This document shows, piece by piece, positions 8,997 through 16,110 of a stretch of DNA of 50,226 bases. The notes beneath the pieces were generated by a model. The model did not search any database. It saw nothing but the letters and a program-made list of their open reading frames with translations, and was not told the DNA's origin. A program made the translations under genes and the position numbers. Source of the DNA: Candidatus Kerfeldbacteria bacterium RIFCSPHIGHO2_12_FULL_48_17 (GTDB lineage: Bacteria; Patescibacteriota; Patescibacteriia; HO2-48-17); the NCBI GenBank assembly GCA_001818775.1, contig MHKD01000013.1, positions 14,217 through 64,442 of the forward strand. The letters run 5' to 3'. Every line of letters starts with the position of its first letter. Position 1 is the stretch's first letter.

Positions 8997-9410
8997 ATGA
9001 GTAAAGAGCATGTCCTTACCAAGGAATACTTTGACCAAGCCATTCAAACTTTGGCGTCGAAGGAATATGTCGATAAAGCTGTTCAAAACGTAGCCACAAA
9101 GGAATACGTTCATCAGACTATTCAGGAAAGTTTCAAAGATTTCGGTCAGGTCCTGATGAAAATTTTTGCAACCAAGGAAGAATTAAATGTGTTAAAGATA
9201 GAGCTAAAAGCAGAAATACAATCAAACAAGGAAGAGATTTTAGAGGAAATGCGTGATATGAAAGATGAAATACTCACCAGTAATGACAAGACTGTTCAAA
9301 AGATGATAAAGATAGAACAGGAACAAACGGTTACCACCCACCGCATGGATCGCATCGAAACCGAACACGGTGCGCGAATCACGACGCTGGAAGAATATGA
9401 TCGGGCATGA
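8997..9410 (+). CDS. coiled-coil protein, paralog 1
   Basis: 137 aa. It has N-terminal 11-residue (S/T)KEY repeats followed by SFKDFGQVLMKIFATKEEL, a heptad-rich middle, and the conserved C-terminus TTHRMDRIETEHGARITTLEE. Confidence 0.75.
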   Translation: MSKEHVLTKEYFDQAIQTLASKEYVDKAVQNVATKEYVHQTIQESFKDFGQVLMKIFATKEELNVLKIELKAEIQSNKEEILEEMRDMKDEILTSNDKTVQKMIKIEQEQTVTTHRMDRIETEHGARITTLEEYDRA

Positions 9411-9494
9411 CATGACCTTCAATGATTTGACATTCCTTTTGCCGTGCCAGGGCATGGAATATCTTGCCGGTGGAAGGCAGTTAGATAAACTCAT

Positions 9495-9644
9495 ATGAAA
9501 ATGTTAAATTTTTTCAAGAAAAGAAAGAATTCCAAAGGGGGATTTACTGACTTTTTCCTCAATGCCACTCCTGCAGAAAGGGCTAATAAAGATCAACAGG
9601 ACTTGGTGAAGAGGGTAAAAGAAATGAAACACGGAGTCTTATAA
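9495..9644 (+). CDS. small ORF (49 aa), hypothetical
   Basis: It encodes MKMLNFFKKRKNSKGGFTDFFLNATPAERANKDQQDLVKRVKEMKHGVL and is followed about 20 nt later by a terminator hairpin. No clear SD sequence. It is below the ORF-track length cutoff. Confidence 0.35.
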   Translation: MKMLNFFKKRKNSKGGFTDFFLNATPAERANKDQQDLVKRVKEMKHGVL

Positions 9645-9664
9645 AACATAACTTCAAGTACAAA

Positions 9665-9697
9665 AAACAACTCCAATAAGGGGGTTGTTTTAGTTTG
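9665..9697 (+). terminator. candidate rho-independent terminator
   Basis: Stem AAACAACTCC pairs with GGGGTTGTTT (one G:U), with a 6-nt loop and a T-rich tail. Confidence 0.55.
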
Positions 9698-9931
9698 TCT
9701 TGATAATCAAACCCGCTATAAAAGCGGGCCTTGAAGTGCCTTTTGGGAATGTCTTTGCTTCACTGGGATGTTCCGAGAGAGAACGCCCTCCACAAGGCTT
9801 TACCCGAAGGACTTACCTCGGTTTATAATAGCAGAGAAGTATGTAAATGAAAAAGACTCCCCGCTAAGTTGTGGTATATAAACCACGGCCGAAAGTCCTT
9901 TTCACTAGGAATTATAACATGTCGCACAAAT

Positions 9932-10023
9932 GAGCCGTCGCGCCGTCTGTGGACAACTTTGGTCTCGACAATGACCTAAAACGGCGCTACAATACCGATA
10001 CCTAAACCCATCAAAATTTTTTT
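9932..10023 (+). repeat. promoter/leader module, copy 2 of 3
   Basis: Same module as 8903-8996. Here GCCGTC-GC-GCCGTC is a direct pair. TCGACA is at 9965-9970, then N17, then TACAAT at 9988-9993. Confidence 0.9.
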
Positions 10024-10419
10024 ATGAATGAAAATCAAGACCTCGTAACCAAAAAATATCTGCAGGAAAGTTTCAAGGACTTCGGCGAGACCCTGATGAA
10101 AATATTTGTCACAAAAGGAGAACTCAGGGATGAAATGAACAAAGTCCGCCAGGAGATGAAAAACATGAAGCAGGAATTAAAAACGGATATCTCAGTATTA
10201 GAGATAAAGCTGAGTGCTGAAATCAAATCAAGTAAGGAAAGTGTATTAAAAGATATGCATGAGATGAAAAATGAAATTCTGAACAGCAGTGATACAATAG
10301 TCAAAAAGCTGGTAACAAGAGAGGCAGAAGAAGCAGCTACCACAAACCGCATGGATCGCATCGAAACTGAACACGGTGCGCGAATCACGACGCTGGAAGA
10401 AAAAGTCTTCGAAAATTAA
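10024..10419 (+). CDS. coiled-coil protein, paralog 2
   Basis: 131 aa. N-terminus LVTKKYLQESFKDFGETLMKIFVTKGEL and C-terminus TTNRMDRIETEHGARITTLEE. Confidence 0.75.
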   Translation: MNENQDLVTKKYLQESFKDFGETLMKIFVTKGELRDEMNKVRQEMKNMKQELKTDISVLEIKLSAEIKSSKESVLKDMHEMKNEILNSSDTIVKKLVTREAEEAATTNRMDRIETEHGARITTLEEKVFEN

Positions 10420-10457
10420 TCAGTCACGGCTTCCGCATGCTGCAAACAAAGCAGGTA

Positions 10458-10486
10458 TTGACAGTACCTGTAATTTTATGTATATT
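10458..10486 (+). promoter_or_regulatory. sigma70-type promoter TTGACA-N17-TATATT
   Basis: Hexamers were counted directly. It lies upstream of the methyltransferase gene. Confidence 0.55.
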
Positions 10487-10564
10487 TTCGTCGCCGCAAA
10501 TAGGCAACTACATTAACAAAACGCGCCCCAAAAAGTGGCCGTCAAAAAAGAAGGAGAAAAGCGT

Positions 10565-11347
10565 ATGCTTTTTTCAATCCCACAGGCACTGGAAGAGTAT
10601 AAAGAATTTTGGTTGAAGTTTTTTCCGGAAAGCGCATCCATGACAAAGCAGGAGGCCCACGGCAGGGTGAATGACGCGATTTCAGGTTCCGGAAGCAAGC
10701 TACCAGATCCCCAGCTGGTAGGGTACCAAGACCAGGTGGCCGAAATTTACGGCGCTTATGAGCAACTTGGGCCGCAGTTAGAGGGTATGAAAAGACTTCT
10801 GGAGGAGATCTTTGTGAGGGACGTGGAAGTAAAATATCCAAATCTCGTCTCCCTCGGTTGCGGGCCTGGAAGCTATGAACTGTGGCTGCTTTCGAAGGGA
10901 TTTATCGAACAGGTGACCCTCGTTGACCAGAGTCCGGCTATGCTGGAGCGAGCATGCACCATTGCTGAAGCCTTGGGTCTCGCCGCCCGGGTGGTAATCG
11001 TAAACCTGGAGGCTCAAAATACCAGGTTACCGAGCAAGTGTGCTGACGTAGTTCTTTGCATTAACGCCATGCACTGGTCCCGCAAGTGGCAGGAATGGAT
11101 CAGGGAAGCCGCACGTTTGACTAAGCCGGGTGCGCCCGCATTCATCTCGTTTACCGCTGATCACGCTCGGAGCAAGATCCAGCCTCAAAACTTTGCACGG
11201 GAAATGAGGCAATATTTTCAGATGCAGTCCGCGGGATTTATGCAGGATGTGGAGGCTTTGCGACAGACAGCAACCCATAACCCCACTGCGTTTGTGGCAG
11301 TTTCCATGCGCATGTTTGGTTGCGGGAAACGGTTAAGGCATTTTTGA
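10565..11347 (+). CDS. class I SAM-dependent methyltransferase
   Basis: ATG preceded by AGGAG within the GTG-initiated ORF 10535..11347. Motif I is VSLGCGPG, followed by an acidic post-I residue (LVDQS) and LCINAMHW. Confidence 0.8.
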   Translation: MLFSIPQALEEYKEFWLKFFPESASMTKQEAHGRVNDAISGSGSKLPDPQLVGYQDQVAEIYGAYEQLGPQLEGMKRLLEEIFVRDVEVKYPNLVSLGCGPGSYELWLLSKGFIEQVTLVDQSPAMLERACTIAEALGLAARVVIVNLEAQNTRLPSKCADVVLCINAMHWSRKWQEWIREAARLTKPGAPAFISFTADHARSKIQPQNFAREMRQYFQMQSAGFMQDVEALRQTATHNPTAFVAVSMRMFGCGKRLRHF

Positions 11348-11392
11348 AGAAGGAAAAATCCGCAAAAAAAGAAAAACAAAAAGGAGGTACCT

Positions 11393-11425
11393 ATGAAGTG
11401 GCACAATGGCCGTGATGGCCCCTGA
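11393..11425 (+). CDS. candidate 10-codon micro-ORF (MKWHNGRDGP)
   Basis: AAGGAGGT lies 5 nt upstream of the ATG. The ORF sits between the methyltransferase stop and a terminator. Confidence 0.25.
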   Translation: MKWHNGRDGP

Positions 11426-11466
11426 CTCACAAAGAAGATTCGCATAATCTTTGTGGGTCTTTTTTA
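11426..11466 (+). terminator. rho-independent terminator
   Basis: A 10-bp stem pairs CTCACAAAGA with TCTTTGTGGG (one G:U), with a 12-nt loop and a following T-run. Confidence 0.75.
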
Positions 11467-11480
11467 TTACCCTCCTTGCA

Positions 11481-11589
11481 GAGCCGTCGCGCCGTCATCG
11501 TCCTCTGTGAGGGCTGTGGACAACTTTAACCTCGACAATGACGCAAAACAGCGATACAATACCGATACCTAAACCCATCAAAATATTTT
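11481..11589 (+). repeat. promoter/leader module, copy 3 of 3
   Basis: Same module, with an extra stretch of about 20 nt after the GCCGTC pair. TCGACA is at 11532-11537, then N17, then TACAAT at 11555-11560. Confidence 0.9.
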
Positions 11590-11994
11590 ATGAACGAAAG
11601 CCAAGATCTGGTAACCAAAAAATATCTGCAGGAAAGTTTCAAGGACTTCGGCGAGACGCTGATGAAAATTTTTGTTACGAAAGACGAACTCAAGGAAACA
11701 CGTCAAGAATTAAAGAAAGAAATTCGAGCCAATAAGAAAGATGTAAACATAGTAAAAGCTGATCTGAATATCGTAAAATTAGAAATTCAGGAGATGAGGC
11801 AAGAAAATCGGTCGGCGAAAGATGAAATTCTTAGAAGCAACGCGAAGCTCTTAAAGAGTAATGATAATATCACAAAATTGATATTGAGGGGCGAAGCTGA
11901 GCGGGCCGCAACGACGCACCGTATGGATCGCATCGAATCGGATTTTGGTCCGCGCATCACCGTGCTCGAAGAAGCGCATAAGCAGTGCAACTAA
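11590..11994 (+). CDS. coiled-coil protein, paralog 3
   Basis: 134 aa. The N-terminus matches paralog 2 from LVTKKYLQ through IFVTK, and the C-terminus is TTHRMDRIESDFGPRITVLEE. Confidence 0.75.
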   Translation: MNESQDLVTKKYLQESFKDFGETLMKIFVTKDELKETRQELKKEIRANKKDVNIVKADLNIVKLEIQEMRQENRSAKDEILRSNAKLLKSNDNITKLILRGEAERAATTHRMDRIESDFGPRITVLEEAHKQCN

Positions 11995-11996
11995 CT

Positions 11997-12431
11997 ATGG
12001 GGTGCGCATTTTGCAACGAGACGAGTATTCAAGCCCGCACGATTCTCAAGAACGCGCAGGCTTTTGTTTTTCCGACGAATATTCCGATTGTCCCGGGGCA
12101 CGTGTTGATTGTGCCTACGCGTCATGTTGCCACCATGGACGAACTTACCCCAGCCGAATGGCAAGCTATCCATGTAATCATGAAAAAAATGAAGGCCGCG
12201 CTGCGAAAGGCTTTTCAGGCCGAAGGGTTTAATTATGCTATGAATGAAGGATCAGTGGCCGGCCAATCGGTGCCGCATCTTCACATCCATTTGCTCCCAC
12301 GCAAAACTGGCGACAGCGGTATCACCGAATATGAACCGCGTCAATTTCTTTATCGTCCCGGTTCACGCAAAACTTCGCCCGACGCTGAACTCAACGTCGT
12401 CACTAAAATTATCCGCGCCGCGCTCAAATAA
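11997..12431 (+). CDS. HIT-family (histidine triad) protein
   Basis: ATG lies 2 nt after the upstream stop. The histidine triad is VPHLHIHLLPR. Confidence 0.85.
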   Translation: MGCAFCNETSIQARTILKNAQAFVFPTNIPIVPGHVLIVPTRHVATMDELTPAEWQAIHVIMKKMKAALRKAFQAEGFNYAMNEGSVAGQSVPHLHIHLLPRKTGDSGITEYEPRQFLYRPGSRKTSPDAELNVVTKIIRAALK

Positions 12432-12434
12432 AAC

Positions 12435-13187
12435 ATGACCCAACTTAACGATCTCAAACGCGATTTGCAAAAACTCGCCACACCGGCGCGGGCCAAAGCC
12501 AGTATGTGGTTTTTTAAAACGGACGAAGGCCAGTACGGCGCCCATGACACATTCATCGGCGTAAAAGTTCCCGACCAGCGTAAAATCGCCAAACAGTACC
12601 GCACCCTACCGCTACCACAGGTCGGAAAACTTCTGCACAGCCCGATTCACGAACACCGTCTGACGGCGTTGTTTATTCTTGTGCACCAGTTTGAAAAAGG
12701 GGATGAAGCTGTGCGAAAAATGATAAAAAACATGTATCTGAAAAATACCGCCCACGTCAACAACTGGGATCTGGTCGACAGTTCAGCTGGATATATTTTG
12801 GGCAGTTTCCTCGCCGCGCAAAAAGACAGAAAGATTCTCTATAGCCTGGCGCGCTCCCAGGATCTCTGGAAAAAACGCATCGCCATTATTGCCACGCAGG
12901 CCTTTATCCGCGATGGTCAATTTGCTGATACTCTCGCCATTGCGCAAATCCTTTTGCACGACACACACGACTTGATTCACAAAGCCGTGGGTTGGATGCT
13001 GCGTGAAGTCGGCAACCGCGACCAACGCGCTGAAGAAATATTTTTGCAAAAACACGCGCACATAATGCCACGCACGATGCTGCGCTATGCTATCGAAAAA
13101 TTTCCATCCGCGGCCAAGCAAAAATATATGCAAATGGCTGCAAAAAAATGGCGGAAAAAAGGAAAAACCCGGCCAGGTAGCCGGTAG
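12435..13187 (+). CDS. DNA alkylation repair protein (AlkC/AlkD-like HEAT-repeat family)
   Basis: 250 aa. NNWDLVDSSA and GWMLREVG are motifs I recall as typical of the DNA_alkylation family. Confidence 0.7.
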   Translation: MTQLNDLKRDLQKLATPARAKASMWFFKTDEGQYGAHDTFIGVKVPDQRKIAKQYRTLPLPQVGKLLHSPIHEHRLTALFILVHQFEKGDEAVRKMIKNMYLKNTAHVNNWDLVDSSAGYILGSFLAAQKDRKILYSLARSQDLWKKRIAIIATQAFIRDGQFADTLAIAQILLHDTHDLIHKAVGWMLREVGNRDQRAEEIFLQKHAHIMPRTMLRYAIEKFPSAAKQKYMQMAAKKWRKKGKTRPGSR

Positions 13188-13284
13188 CAACCTTGGCCTC
13201 AGGCAGCGGCGGGTGTATAATATCAAGCGTAAAGTCCGGGGCCGCACGCGCAGGCATAAACGGCCGAAAAATAAGTACACCACT

Positions 13285-13821
13285 ATGAAGGGAATTGCGT
13301 GTACCACTCTCTACGGTGAGAAAAAAATTATTCCCGAAAATGAACTCAGCTTTAGGCCGGCTGCGTACGGATTTATAACGCGCGGCAACAGCATACTCGT
13401 CCTGACCACCGTTCACACGAAAAAGTTTTGCCTACCCGGCGGCGGTCTGGATATCGGTGAAACCATCGAGCAATCACTGCGTCGTGAAATCAAGGAAGAA
13501 ACCGGTATTGAAGTCACGATCAAAAAGTTTATCGGCTTCCGCGAAAACTTTTTTTATTTTGATCCGACGCGCAGGGCCTGGCACGGCATTGCCTTTTTTT
13601 ATGCCTGCGAGCCGGCATCATCGAATTTATTGAAAAAGGGAGAGAGCCGCGATGAAGATGTATTAAAACCGGAATGGCTTGATATAGCCGAGCTGAGTAA
13701 AAAAGATTTTCAGGGCATTGAAGCGGCGATGTTTGAGGATTGGAAAAAAATGCGACAACGGGAAAAGGTGGGAGCACCGACGTTTCGGCGGCACGAAATC
13801 GGAAAACAGACCCAAAAATAA
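13285..13821 (+). CDS. NUDIX hydrolase
   Basis: The Nudix box GGGLDIGETIEQSLRREIKEETGI is present. The ATG at 13285 avoids an overlap with the upstream gene. A TGTATAAT extended -10 element sits at 13214-13221. Confidence 0.85.
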   Translation: MKGIACTTLYGEKKIIPENELSFRPAAYGFITRGNSILVLTTVHTKKFCLPGGGLDIGETIEQSLRREIKEETGIEVTIKKFIGFRENFFYFDPTRRAWHGIAFFYACEPASSNLLKKGESRDEDVLKPEWLDIAELSKKDFQGIEAAMFEDWKKMRQREKVGAPTFRRHEIGKQTQK

Positions 13822-13915
13822 AAATTTCTCGAATATGCCGGAAGATCGGATTTTTTAGTTTACGAAAAGCGAGCCGCAGTATAAAATAACGGTTGTCATC
13901 CGTCAATTATTATCT

Positions 13916-14533
13916 ATGCCCCAAAAAACCAAAAAACCCCGCCCAACCCCTAAACCCCGTCAGGCTTTCATCATTCCCGGTTTTGGGGAATCCAGCCGCA
14001 CCCAACCCTACCGCCGCATTGCGCGCGCCTTTCAGCAACAGAGTATTAAACCCTATATCATCGACATTCACTGGCCGCGCCGTGTCATGAGCGATCACAT
14101 CGCCGAATTCATGAACATCTACGAAACCAAAGTCGAACCCGATGCCCAAACGTATTTCCTGGGTTTTTCCTTTGGCGCCATGGTCGCCCTCCTGGCATCG
14201 GTATACACCAATCCGCACACCCAAATACTGTGCTCGCTGTCACCATTTTTCCAGGAAGATTTACCGACGACACGCAGCTGGTGGAAAACCGCGCTCGGTC
14301 ACAAGCGTATCGACGATTTTCAAACCTTATCACTTGACGTCGTTGCACCGCGTGTCACTGCCAAAACATTCATACTTGCCGGCGACAAAGAGGGTCAGGA
14401 AGTCGCCCGAACCGCCGCCCGCGCCCACCGCCAGCTGTCTGACAGTCAACTCATTATCATCCCCGGCGCCAAACACGATATCCGACAGCCACACTATCTC
14501 GCCGCCATCAAAAAAGTCATCAGCACCATATAA
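13916..14533 (+). CDS. alpha/beta-fold hydrolase
   Basis: 205 aa with the nucleophile-elbow motif GFSFG and a late GAKHD. Confidence 0.7.
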   Translation: MPQKTKKPRPTPKPRQAFIIPGFGESSRTQPYRRIARAFQQQSIKPYIIDIHWPRRVMSDHIAEFMNIYETKVEPDAQTYFLGFSFGAMVALLASVYTNPHTQILCSLSPFFQEDLPTTRSWWKTALGHKRIDDFQTLSLDVVAPRVTAKTFILAGDKEGQEVARTAARAHRQLSDSQLIIIPGAKHDIRQPHYLAAIKKVISTI

Positions 14534-14570
14534 GATAAACCCTCAAAAACCCTCCCAACGAGCCAAACAT

Positions 14571-15272
14571 ATGATATACACACCCAAACAACTCAAAACC
14601 GCCCTCGCCGAAAAAAATATTCACGGCCTTGCCCTCGATATTGATGACACCCTGGCCGGCACCACCAAACTCTGGATGAAACTCTTTCAGGAAAAGTTCG
14701 GTAATCCGGAAAATTTGACCCACACTGAAATGTACGAAAAATATCGGTACACCGACAGCGTCCCGTACTGGGAAAGCAAATCGGGTTTTTACGAACTGGC
14801 CGCCGAACTGGCAGAATCTGATGCATTTCAGGAATCAATTCCCCTCATAGCCAACGCCAATCACATGGTTGAAAAAGTCGGCCTCATCATACCCATCGTA
14901 GCCTACCTTACAGCCAGAACAGCCAGTACGTTCAACAGCACGAGCAACTGGCTCAAAAAACATGGCTTTCCCAACGAGCCCATCATCACTCGACCCGAAG
15001 ATCATCACGTTAAAGATCGCAATATCTGGAAAGCAAAAGTCCTGGAACAACTCTATCCCCAGGTAATTGGCATCGTTGATGATAACGCCGGCCTCCTGAA
15101 AGAATTGTCGCCACAATATAAGGGCACCGTTTACCTTTATGATCATAAGCACGTGCCCGAGATGCCGCGATCGCCAAAATCGCCGGAATCAACACTCAAA
15201 GTCTTTGCCTGCCGCGATTGGCAATACCTCTACGAAACCATACAAAAACACCCGCCGCGCACCACGGGCTAA
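14571..15272 (+). CDS. HAD-like hydrolase
   Basis: DIDDTLAG (the DxDxT motif) is near the N-terminus and VDDN comes later. The longer ORF from 14142 overlaps the upstream gene. Confidence 0.65.
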   Translation: MIYTPKQLKTALAEKNIHGLALDIDDTLAGTTKLWMKLFQEKFGNPENLTHTEMYEKYRYTDSVPYWESKSGFYELAAELAESDAFQESIPLIANANHMVEKVGLIIPIVAYLTARTASTFNSTSNWLKKHGFPNEPIITRPEDHHVKDRNIWKAKVLEQLYPQVIGIVDDNAGLLKELSPQYKGTVYLYDHKHVPEMPRSPKSPESTLKVFACRDWQYLYETIQKHPPRTTG

Positions 15273-15294
15273 AATTGCGATAATCAGACTAACC

Positions 15295-16062
15295 ATGGCC
15301 TACACCTGGAAAACCGAAGGCTTCATCCTCAAGCGCACAGCGTTCAAAGAAGCTGATCGCATTGTCACCCTGTACACCAAAGACAGCGGCAAAATCAGCG
15401 TGCAAGCGACCGGTATCCGCAAAATCACCAGCAAACTCGCCGGACACTGCGAGCCATTTATGTATTCCCGTTTTTTCATCGCGCGCGGCAAAACATTCGA
15501 TCGCCTCGCCGGCAGTCTCACGCACAAAGCATATCCGCTCCTGCGCTCGAGCTACGAACATATCAGCGTTGCCAAAAAGATGACGCACAGCATTGATATG
15601 TTCACCAAAGAGGGCCAACACGATGACGCTGTGTTTCAGGCACTCGAAAACGGGTTTGATTTTCTCAATCAGATCCAGCAATCGCGCGGCCGACTCTGGT
15701 TGTATTTTCACGCCTGGCAGTGGAAGCTGTTCGACATACTCGGCATCAAACCACAGCTCGATGAATGCGTGGTCGGTCGCCACGCCATCACCGGCACCGT
15801 ATTTTTCGATGTACACAATGGCGGCACGGCCTGTCAGGAGCATCACCATCCGGCTTTTTCCCTCACTCTCAATCCCACCAGCTTCGAACTCCTTAAAAAA
15901 TCCCTTCAGTTCGACTTCCAAGCCCTCAGCCAGGAAGCCGCCACGAAAACCGAATGGCAAACCTATGCTTCGGTTATCCGTGCTTTCTATGACTATCATG
16001 CGCCCAGGCGGAGCGCGCCGCAGGCAACACACACCACAATTACCGTCGGCGCAAAAAAATAG
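15295..16062 (+). CDS. recO: DNA repair protein RecO
   Basis: The N-terminal OB-fold signature EGFILKRTAFKEADRIVTLYTKDSGKISVQATGIRK is present, and the size is right at about 255 aa. Confidence 0.8.
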   Translation: MAYTWKTEGFILKRTAFKEADRIVTLYTKDSGKISVQATGIRKITSKLAGHCEPFMYSRFFIARGKTFDRLAGSLTHKAYPLLRSSYEHISVAKKMTHSIDMFTKEGQHDDAVFQALENGFDFLNQIQQSRGRLWLYFHAWQWKLFDILGIKPQLDECVVGRHAITGTVFFDVHNGGTACQEHHHPAFSLTLNPTSFELLKKSLQFDFQALSQEAATKTEWQTYASVIRAFYDYHAPRRSAPQATHTTITVGAKK

Positions 16063-16110
16063 AAAAAAGTACGAAAATGTGCTATAGTAAAGAAAATATT
16101 TTCTTTCATT

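Noticed and set aside
9886-9902. A GAAAGTCC string resembling the RNase P RNA P4 motif (GGAAAGUCC).
   Set aside because: The surrounding non-coding interval is only about 235 nt and lacks the other universally conserved RNase P regions. An isolated 8-mer match is expected by chance.
8903-11589. Whether the three ~95-bp repeats could be a CRISPR-like array.
   Set aside because: The repeats are 1.0-1.5 kb apart, are too long, contain promoter hexamers, and are each followed by a homologous protein-coding gene. No cas genes are present. This is not CRISPR architecture.
13087-13284. 5' extensions of track ORFs that overlap the preceding gene. The ORF starts are 13087, 14142, 15139, 43001, 25811, 26948, 28244, 29606, 10535, 1400, 7198, and 25592 on the minus strand.
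   Set aside because: In each case an internal ATG sits just after the upstream stop or after a good SD. That ATG also begins the recognisable domain or signal peptide (Nudix, HAD DxDxT, RecO OB-fold, RmuC TM, MRIGID of GT4, signal peptides). The extensions are basic and low-complexity or overlap real genes.
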